A DNA stretch of 25,041 nt, taken from the IMG/VR virus record IMGVR_UViG_3300020413_000075, positions 1 to 25,041 of that record; one strand, given 5' to 3'. Position numbers and translations under genes: made by a program. Shown here piece by piece: positions 9,675 through 20,300 of this stretch. This DNA comes from a virus (lineage: Duplodnaviria > Caudoviricetes). The first letter of the stretch is position 1; each line of letters begins with the position of its first letter. The notes below the pieces were generated by a model. The model had not been told where the DNA came from. It made no database searches and worked only from the letters and a program-made list of their open reading frames with translations.

Positions 9675-11306
9675 TTAGAACTCGATTACGATTTTTACTT
9701 CTTCCTTTTGTGAAGCTGTCCTTGTTACTGGTGCTCTGTTATCAATATATATTATCTCACCAGAGTATTTTTTAATTTCTGGATCAGAAACTCCACTAGT
9801 GAAATTTTGACCTAGAGCTACGTCTCTCTGACCAACACTAACTGATTCACCATTAAATCCACTATCAACAACTAAATTATCTACACTTTGACCAGGAACT
9901 ATATGTGTAGCACCTGTAATAGGTGTATTTGTTTGAACTCCTACAAAATTTTTAAGTTCATAACCATAAACAGAAAAAGTTGAGAAACCAACTGGTTGAT
10001 AATATCTTAGAACTCCAGTGGTTGAGTCCCAAGAGGCAACATATCCGATTGCAGTTCCAATACCTAAACTAGAATCACTTGAATTGTATTGTGTTATCTT
10101 TGTGTTTGTTTCATAAACAACATTTGATAATTGAGTGCTTGAACTAGCTGGGACTTTTAATTTTAATGCACCTAAAGATGTTGCAGTCCTTTTATTTAGA
10201 ATAGAAGTCCCACTCAAGTCTGTTGGATCTTTAACTATACCAACACGAGAGAAGTCATTTCCAACAATATAATCTGTTTTATCATTGATGTTATTATCAA
10301 ATTTAGAGTATACCATTACTCTAAATGCACCTAATTCACGATATATATCTTCACCGTGACCTCCTTTAGGTGGTATTATTACTTCAAACTGTGGTGCATC
10401 TGTTAAAGTTCCTACCACTAATTTTTTTCCACCCCAAGTTCCATTTACAAATCTAACATATGCATAAGTGTATCCAGTTGAATTTGTATTTGACAACTTA
10501 ATTTCGGAAACAACTCCGTTAACCACTTTTACTGTAGCTGTTCCTCCAGTTCCATCTCCAATTATAGGAATACCAGAAATATCACCATCAATACCATCAA
10601 CTGTAGCAGTTCCTCTTCTTTTAATTACTATTGTTTCTAATTTACCATCTACTGCTGCGTCTTTTATTGTTTTAGTAGATACATCACCCCATTTTTCAGG
10701 TAATGGTATGTATGTTGTTGTTACAAATTTAACTATGTCTGCAGGTGCTATTGTGTAAAGATACTTCCACTGATATCCATCACCAGTTGCAGTATTGTCT
10801 GCTGCTGGAACTGTTGTTGAGGTATGTGTTGGTTCAAATTTAGATGTTTTTCCTTTGTCATTTTCTGGATCTGAACCATTATTAATACAAAGATATACTT
10901 TAAATTCAGAAGTTAATATGTAATAGTTTGAACCATACAAACCAGAAGTAGAAGATTGAGACGTTCTATTTGTAGAACTATAATTGTTTTTGTACATCTC
11001 ATATATTGTTCCACTCTGCCAATTAATTCTAGGTATAACTCTTCTAACATCACTCGAAGTAATTTTCTTCAAAAATAACATACTATCATGATATCTGTTC
11101 TCCTGATTAAAATTATCTATTGGGTTTGGTGGTTCAGTTATCCATCTGGCATTTCCATAACCAATATCATCAGCTATGTTACCTGGTTTTGGGTGTCCTA
11201 TAAACGTATAATAATTATTTTTTCCAGTCGTACCAATACCCACAAAACTGTCTACAAAAGTTTCGGCATTTAATATACGGTATTGGTCAGTGATTATTGC
11301 GGGCAT
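9675..11306 (-). CDS. gp8: Baseplate wedge protein gp8 (543 aa)
   Basis: gp8-type motifs: MPAIITDQYRILNAETF, KKIT..DVRRVIPRINW.SGT.Y, YYILTSEFKVYLCINNG, DGYQWKYLYTI, NDFSRVGIVKDP, and terminal SGEIIYIDNRAPVTR...QKEEVKIVIEF. It follows gp7. Confidence 0.92.
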   Translation of the reverse strand: MPAIITDQYRILNAETFVDSFVGIGTTGKNNYYTFIGHPKPGNIADDIGYGNARWITEPPNPIDNFNQENRYHDSMLFLKKITSSDVRRVIPRINWQSGTIYEMYKNNYSSTNRTSQSSTSGLYGSNYYILTSEFKVYLCINNGSDPENDKGKTSKFEPTHTSTTVPAADNTATGDGYQWKYLYTIAPADIVKFVTTTYIPLPEKWGDVSTKTIKDAAVDGKLETIVIKRRGTATVDGIDGDISGIPIIGDGTGGTATVKVVNGVVSEIKLSNTNSTGYTYAYVRFVNGTWGGKKLVVGTLTDAPQFEVIIPPKGGHGEDIYRELGAFRVMVYSKFDNNINDKTDYIVGNDFSRVGIVKDPTDLSGTSILNKRTATSLGALKLKVPASSSTQLSNVVYETNTKITQYNSSDSSLGIGTAIGYVASWDSTTGVLRYYQPVGFSTFSVYGYELKNFVGVQTNTPITGATHIVPGQSVDNLVVDSGFNGESVSVGQRDVALGQNFTSGVSDPEIKKYSGEIIYIDNRAPVTRTASQKEEVKIVIEF

Positions 11307-11325
11307 TGACTCTATGTTTTTTGAT

Positions 11326-11333
11326 TATTTATA
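11326..11333 (-). promoter_or_regulatory. T4-type late promoter TATAAATA
   Basis: Perfect TATAAATA on the minus strand in the gp7-gp8 intergenic region, about 20 nt upstream of the gp8 ATG. Confidence 0.85.
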
Positions 11334-11340
11334 CCTGTTA

Positions 11341-14300
11341 TTAGTAAGTTATTTTTACTGGTAAAGACCTGATCACTTGAGCAGACGTTTCTATACCTGA
11401 GACACCGTTCTGATTAAAGAATTCAAATGACTTAGAATTGACTCCTCTAGAGACATTCACAGCACCCCAACTATAGTCTCCCACTCTGGATAAACCGAAG
11501 GTTGCAAAACCAACTGTGTTGATACCAGAGATTGATTGTACGTTTGAGAATACTCTTACGATAGATGACCCAACACTTACTATGTGTTCAGCAAAGTATA
11601 TGTTATCTATGAACTCAGTTCCTACACCAACTATTTGTGGGCCTGAGGAAGTGGTTCTAATTCCAGTAACTCCACTTGTACTACTTCCAATAGAAGTATT
11701 TTGAATTACAAAATAGTCCCCAGTGGTAATACCAGTTTTCAACCTCTCTTTACTGGTTGGTGAATTGATATTAGCAGGAAAAATAGTAGAATCTGGTTTA
11801 AGTTCAAAGAATAAAGCAGGCCCAGTGGTATTGATACCAACAGCACTTGTTCCTATTCCAACGATATCACCGTAGTCTCCTACGTAAGTAACATTTTTAA
11901 TTTCTTCTACTTTAGGTGCTGTTGTTCCAATGCCAGCAAGATTACCAACAATACTTACATTATTTAATTTTGCTTCGACTCCATCAACAACTGAGAAAGC
12001 CCAAGAATCTTTAATGTATACTTTAGTGTCTGATGATGATACTGATTTTATAATTCCAGAAGTTGGAAGTATTTTTGGTTCTAGGTAATTTCTTTCTTTT
12101 GATATTCTTAGACCATCTATTGTTAAATCTTCTGTTTGCTTTCTCCACATTGTTGGTCTTAGGAATGTTGTATCTGTTGATATACCAACTCCTGAATAGG
12201 TTTGTGTTTCTAAAGTATCAGCAGCAATCAATTCATAAACAACTCTATTATCTTGTTCAAATTCACCCCCATACTTCTGCAATCTCAATTGATCACCAGG
12301 TTTTATGGTTTCATCAACATCAATTTCATCAAAATCTGATTCAGATCCTGCATAGAAATATATTCTGAACTTACTATTACGTTTTGGTGCCTCTCTAAAT
12401 GAGATTCTTGTTCCTCCATTAAATGTATAGTCTTTACCAGGAATTTGTAATATGTCATTTATGAATATTAAAAGATTATTCTGTAAAATTATTCCAGACC
12501 CCTTTTGTGCAACTATACTATAATACTCTTTTGATGTTATTGTTCTTGTTATTAAAAATGATTTTCTAAATCCGTTAAATTGAGAACTAAAGTCATCCAA
12601 CTCTAGTAATTGACCAAAGCACCATCCAGAGAATTTATCTTGATATTTGTTCTTAACAGTAATATTAAATGCACTTGTACCTATACCAACTTGGAATGGT
12701 ATTGTAGATAGTTGTAAATTATCCCCAATTTCGTAACCTATACCACGATTTGCCATATCAAATGATACTATACTGCCACCAGTTCCAACAACAACATCTA
12801 TAGATGCACCAGAACCATTTCCACCAGTCAATGGAATATTCTTATAAGGACTAGGTGGTGCAACAGTTATAAAGTTCAATCCAGTAGATATTCCTGTGTT
12901 AGTATATCCAGCACCTGCATTATTAATTGTAATTGAAGTAACAACACCTGCACTAACAAAAGCAGTAAATGCTGCACCAACTCCAATAGTTGAACTGATT
13001 GATACTAGAGGATTTGATAGATAACCAGCTCCTCCAGTTACTATACCTACAGATTGTATAGTTCCAGAGTTAGAAACTACAGCACTGAATATTGCTTTTC
13101 TTGGGAATTGATATCCACTTCCAATTCCAACATCAAATTCATTAATAATACCACCTCTTGGTAAATCTTTATTACCACTAGTCCCCGTAAAATCAATTGT
13201 TTGTCCAGTTCCAACTAAAGTATAGTCTGATAATGCTGAAGATCCAACAACTCCAAGGAAAGGTTTTTGGAAAATATTGTTAATTAAAACTGCACCAAAA
13301 CTACTAGTTATACCAGTTGCGTCAACACCGTTTGAGGTTAAATTAAATTTATCAGTTGAACCATCAAATCTGTCAGATATATCATCTAATATTTTATTTG
13401 TAGTGTAACTTAATCTGTAATATGCTCTACCTGTAAATGAAGAGAAAGTAGATATTCCACCAGTAGGCCCATAAGGTGCTTCAGTAAAGTATAATTTTCC
13501 TTCATTTATTCTATAATCTCCTTTCATAACAGTGACTGCAGCACCGACTGTGTGTGCAGTTGCAACCGTTCCCATTTGTCCTCTTTCAACACTGAGTGAA
13601 TTTGTAGATCCAACACCTACTAAATTTACTTTTAATATTTCACTTTCTATTCTTAGAAGTGACTTACCTTCTATATCAGACACATCATTTAAGAATATAG
13701 AGTTTGTTGATATGCCAACCTGTGTCGATAATCCAACTGAAATGGCAGTTGTTATTCCTACAGGACTTTGAATTACATTATCAATACTAATTAATGTTCT
13801 GATAGTTGCATCCTTAGATGGAACTGATAATGTATGATTAGTTCCTATTCCACTCACATTCACAAATGATACTGAAACTCCAGCATCTGCAAAACTTTTT
13901 GCAACTGCAACTTTAATTAAATCATTATCTTCTTTAATTGCAAAGACTGTAGGGGGCAATAAATTAGTAACTCCAATACCTGGCACAGTTGTAGCTGCTA
14001 TTCCAATCGCAGACTGGCCAGTTTGTGGTTTATAAATTAATTGTTCTCCAGTATTAAATTCGTGTCTTGGTATAGAAACGGTATGTGTAGCAGTACTAAC
14101 TCCTGAAGATGGATTAAAACCTCTATGGAATAATGAATCGCTATTAGTAAATAAATCAAAACTTGTAGTTCCAATAACTCCACCACCAGTAGAAGTTACA
14201 ATTCCTGTAAATTGGGAACTAATATCATCTATCAATAAAACTTTGTTTGTTATTGACTCATTATAATCAGTTATTATCTTTGAATCGAAAGTAACTAATT

Positions 14301-17300
14301 TTGATAAATTAGGATCAGTTGTATTTTCACTTACTAAGTCATAATAGAATTTTTCATGAACTGATGCTTCTGCGTCAATATCAACATCAAGATCTAATAA
14401 TCCATCTGATTTTAATGTGTGTTTTGCTGTTGAATGTACACCTAAATTACAGAAATTTTTAAATCCTGCAACGTGATCTAAACTATTGACGGAATCTTTC
14501 CAAGTATCGTATGGAACTGCACCTTTAATAGAATATGAAAATCTTTGGTAGTAATCATTATCATGTAAATTCTGAATACTTGAATTTAATTTACCAGTTT
14601 CTTGCTTCCAACCATTTTCAATCTCAGTTGCACTATCTACATTTAAATCAAAATCAAATTTAAAGGTCTTTTCAACTGTGGATTTGTTATTACTTTGAGA
14701 TCCTACAATAATATCATTATCTACAAATTCCCCAATGACATTAAATAATTTTAATGTCTCAGATTCTGAATCCCAACCTTTACTAGCGACTATTCCAGAT
14801 ACACCTTTTCCTAATACTTTAACAGTTTCATTATCAAAGAATGAAACTTTGTTAAATTCAGCATTGAAAGTAGCTAAATGATCTTTTTTAATTACTCTTC
14901 CGAAATTATTATCAACCTGATATGTTCCTCCAGTTGAACCAACTCCACTTATGGAGTATTGTATTTTTTCATCACCACCTGTGGTAGTAACACCAATAAC
15001 AGTAAAATAACTATAATTATAATTACTTGAATTATATCCATCCCCTGTAGGAGAACCATTTACATCATCAAGTATTTTTACATTTTCTACAAATATTTCA
15101 TCACCTTTTTTAAATGGAAAATCATTTCCTTGATTATAGAATCCACTAGCACTAGATCCAGTTTCTGGAATTGGTGCTCTTAATTCCAGTGTAACCAATC
15201 CACTAGTAGTCTCTGCTCCTTTCACTACAACTCCATTCGAATTATTAATAGGAACGATTTTAATATCCTCACTTAAACCAGTGTCATTAGTTAATATATT
15301 TACACTGCCTACAGCAGATCCGTTCAATTTTGATTGAGCAACTATTATAGAGTTTCCAACTACAATCACATTAGGTGGGGTTGTATATTCGATTCCACCT
15401 GTTGTAACTCCTATTGATTTTAAAGTAAATACATTCTTTAAATCTAAAATTAAATTACTTTCAGCTTCAGGTTGCAAATCTTTGCCTGGAGGAAATTCAA
15501 TTCCTTGAATAATTGTTTGTGTTCCTTCTATTTGTCCAATTTCATTTGTTTCAATTGTTAGAACAGCATTATTACCTGTTGTTGTTCCTATTGAAGTTAG
15601 AATGGGTAATGATGATACTTCAAAACCTTTACTTAAAATTTCTACAGAATGTATTCCACCAAGTTCTGTTGTAGATTTTGTTGAATAAAATGCTGATGAA
15701 AAACCTGTTGCTGTATATGATGTGGTCTCAGCAACTCCTACTGGATTAAATTTAAAAATGTTAGTGCCTATGCCAGTTACTTTGTGTTTAATATTAAATT
15801 TTGATTCTAATACTTCTATTTCAGAGTGATTGGGTACGTTTTCATTTGCGAAATGTGATATTGTTTTTGTAAAATTACCGCTTTTACCTATTACTCTGTA
15901 GTAAAAATTATCTTCTAATGAACTACCAACAGAAACGTTTATTTTAGTGGTTGAATTACCATCACCATTAACTCCACTTCTAGTAATTAAATTAGTATTA
16001 TACTTTGATATAAAATTGGAATCGTTATAAAATTCTATATCATAATCTGTTAAACTAGAATCTGAAGTTAAAAATTCTACTGTGTTATTTTTAAATACAG
16101 TTAATTTTGGATTAATTTTTGAAATCTGATGATTCACTCCCCCAGTTGTGCCAATTCCAATATAATTGTATGGAAATGTAGATAGGTCATATGAATTGTT
16201 AGATAATCTTATAGTATTTGATGAATCCTTTATGACATAATAAACCCCATTATTTACTAAAGGAGTTGCTGGTGTTGATGAATTATAAACAACAATATCA
16301 CCAGTTTCAAAATCATGACTATTAATTGTTATTTTAGATAAACTTGTTCCAGTTTGAATACCAGAAGATGTGAATGAAGTTGGATTTACAACTAATTTTC
16401 TAATATTTTCATTATATCTGAAATCAAAAGTTTGAGTTTGTTTTGACTTAATGTCAAGCTTGAACTCATCACCAACAGATAATCCGTGTTGTTGACCTAT
16501 AGTTGTTCCAGTTGCAACAGTAACTGTTCCATTTACTCTTGTTGCATCACCAGTGACATTGTTAAATACTAATTCTAATTTAGCATTATCAGTTAAACCA
16601 GTTACAATTTGTTTAAAAAATACGTTATTTGTACTAAATCCTACCTTTTCTGTTGATAATCCAATAAAGTCATTATTTATTTTTACACAGAATAATTTAC
16701 TAAAAGAACTTAAGTTAAATGGATTAGATAAATTTAAATTTCTAGATCCGAAAATTGTAGATCCTAAAGAAACAAGAGATACCTCATCACCACTTTTAAA
16801 TTTGTGATTTGGTAAAAATATTGCCTTTGGTGGAATAGATTTCTTAATTGGAGTTACACCGACAAATCCTACGGTAACATTTGTAAAACTAGTTCCAATT
16901 CCAACTGATTTTGCAGCTTCAAAATATTGTATTTTTGGAAATTCAATATTTTTATTTTCTATTTTTTTATCGATTGTGTATGTAAATTCCTTTTCTAATC
17001 TGGTTATCACAGATCCTGAATTGTGAGCAGGTGTCGTTGATGTATTTGAATTGTGACCTCTAATTACTCTATGTTTATTATTAATGTCATCGTGATCAAT
17101 TATTAGAAATTGTTCAGTCCCAATCATAACTATATCGTTAACTTTAAATTTTCTACTAATAGTAGAATCAGAAAAAGTTAAAAATGTAGAGATTCCAACA
17201 TTAGATGTTGGTAATGAAGTAGATATTGAGGAAGTAACAGTAGATACACCAATAATTCTAACTCCTTCCAAATTTTTGTACTTAGTTGATGATATTCCAC

Positions 17301-20300
17301 TAATTTCAACTATATCTCCATCAAGTAATTCATGTGAGGTAGTTGATAAACCAGTAATTTTATTATCAGATACAGAAAATTTTAAATTATTGACTACTGT
17401 ATTAGTGGTTCCGACTGAAACTATTGGTTTTCCTAAAACCTCATTTACTCTAGATGATATTGTTGGATCACTAAAGTTTAATTTATCATTTACTTTGTAA
17501 TTTTCTCCAGATTCATCAATAGTTATTTCTGTGATCTCTGCTGACTTAACTCCATCAACTTCAATTACAGGTTTGGAATCTAAAGTATCTTGTAGTAATG
17601 GATATCTTCTATGAGTTTCATTTAACCCTAAGTGAGTTACATTTCTCTTATACTTACCATCATTAATTGTTAGATCAGATTGATCGTTTAAATAATTGTA
17701 ATTAAAATCATCAGTATGATTACGATGTTTAAATGTAATATATGGAAAAGTAGGTTCAAAACTGGCTTTATCTACAGTTGAAAAATATGCATAAGTTCCG
17801 TTTGGATATTCTGGAGTTATTGTAAATTTACCATTAAATTCATCCAAATCTCCACTTTCATCATAAAGGTAATCATTAGTAAAGTATCCATTAGTATAAG
17901 TTGACTGCACAGGTCGATAATTACTATCGTTTATTGCGGATATAGAATAACTAGATTCTGCAAATGTAAATCCTGTTCCAACTGTACTATTTGTAATTGC
18001 TCCATAAATTGGGTTGCCATCATAGGCCCATCCAACTATTTTTGAATGTCCAGTTGTATTATTATTATCACCTACCAATTCTTTGTATTTTGTTGGTGGA
18101 TAGAAAGAACAAATTTTATTACCTTTGATTGCTAATTCAGAATTTATTTGCAATAATTGATTATTGTTTGTTAGCGATGTTTTATATCTTTCTACAGAGT
18201 TTATTTCCCATTTATAAATTTTTGCTGAAATTAAGGCATCTTTCCCAACAGGATTAATTTTTATGAGTGTTTTGCTTGGATTATATCCAGATCCCTTTTC
18301 AATAATTTGAACACTAGTGATTTTACCACCAGAAACTATTGCTTTTAATTTAGCAAAAGATCCTGTTACTGTTCCTACTCCCACAACTTCAAGATCTGGA
18401 GGAGTAGTATATTCAGATCCTTCATTTGAAATTACAACATTAACAATTTTTCCATCTACAATTATTGGATTTAATTCAGCATCTTTACCAGTCAAGAAAG
18501 ACATACTTGGTTGTCTAACATAATTGATTATGTTTGTTACTCCATAACCAACTCCACCACTTTTTAAGAATATATTTTCAAGTTTACCTCTAACAATAGG
18601 ATCTGCTGAACCCTTATAATATTCAGGTATGGTTGATGTTAACCCTATTGCTACATCATTACTAATATTAACTTTAATATCTGGATATTTGAATGTATGA
18701 GTTCCCACTCCAACACTATTCAAACTTTCATAAATTTTTCTATCATAATTAGTACTTACTATAGAAGATAATGTTCCAGCATCACTTAACTTAAACTTAT
18801 TATCATCTACGATTGTAATTTTATAAACTTTAGATGTAGATAATCCAGAAATAACAGTTCCAGTGCAAATATACTCTACGTTATCACCATTTTTAAAATT
18901 ATGGTTTTTCGCATATATGTAATCATTGAATGTGTTTACACCAACAATAGTTTTGAATATATCTTTTCTATCTGTGGGAGGATATTGTTGAGAACTAATT
19001 TGTACCTTTCTGTTTGAATAAGAAGATCCAGAATTAGTGACTACTATTCTATCAATTACCTGTCTAATACCCCTAGATTTAAACGTATGTGTTCCATCAC
19101 CGTTTTGAATCAAATATATTGTATTAATTCCTGCAATGGCATCATTTTTGTTTATATTAAGTGTAAATGAGGTATTAGACCTTTTTGAAACAAAGTATGT
19201 ACTACCACTTAACAGTCTACTTGTTGTAAATCCAACATTAGTTACACCAATGCCAATTGGAGTGCCTGTTGCAGTATATGTTACTTCCTCTCCATTTAAA
19301 AATTTATGTTCACCATTAAATGTATCTGCTGCTAAACTAACATCAAAATCCGTAAATGAAGCACTATGAGTAAATCCTCTCATTTTTGCTTCACAAACTG
19401 CACCAGATCCATTTCCTCCAGATATTGTTATTGATGGTATTTTTGTGTAATCGAATCCTCTATTGGTTACTATTATCTCTGACACATTTCCAGAAAAATT
19501 ACCATATGAATCACATCCACTTCCAGAAGTGTCTGTAATTGATAAAGTTGGTGGATTTACAATATCATAGTTTTCTCCAGAATTTAAAACCTCAATTTCA
19601 TCTAATTGACCATAATTAATATAATCTTTTGAAATTGGAGATTGATATTCAATTCCATTTAAGGATACACCGATAGATCCAAATAGTTTTTGATTACCAG
19701 TTGATATTACTGGGTTATTATATATTCTTTTAAAGTTATCTTGATTTCTTAATTTTACTCTTTTATGTAAATCAGCAGGAGTTATTGTATGAGTAACATT
19801 TTGGAATGTAGAGGTGTTTATTCCAATAAAACGAGGTTGTTCTAATGATTTATTAAATAAATTTGCTTGTGTTGAGGCTAATTTAATTGTATTGGAATCA
19901 ATTACATTAACAAAGTAGTATCCAGTAGTAATACCAACTAATCCAGATCCAGAATTGGTATCTTTACCTAACTCTAGATATATTTGCTCTCCATTTGTAA
20001 AGTTATGTCCACCCACAGTAATAGTATGTGCGTTGGTACTAACTCCAACAGCTGAATTAAATGTTCTTGAACGATTTGTAGTATCAGTTTCAAATGAAGG
20101 ATAACCAGAAAAAGAAATATAAGTGTTACCATCACTATCTACAAAACTATTTTGTATATTACCCATCAAAGAAGTAATACCAAATCTACTATCAATAGAA
20201 GTAACTATTTTTCTTATTGTATAGTCACCAACAATATTTGGTTTACTTGTAACTTCTATACTAAACTTATTTGGTTCGTTTGCATCTTTTACTTCTACAT

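Noticed and set aside
11341-11900. Slightly higher GC (~39% in 11341-11700) at the gp7 3' end
   Set aside because: The shift is modest and partly explained by G/V/S/T-rich coding; no clear boundary.
16674-16681. AATAAATA on the minus strand inside gp7
   Set aside because: It lies mid-gene (codons for K-I-N-N), far from any start, and is expected by chance in AT-rich DNA.
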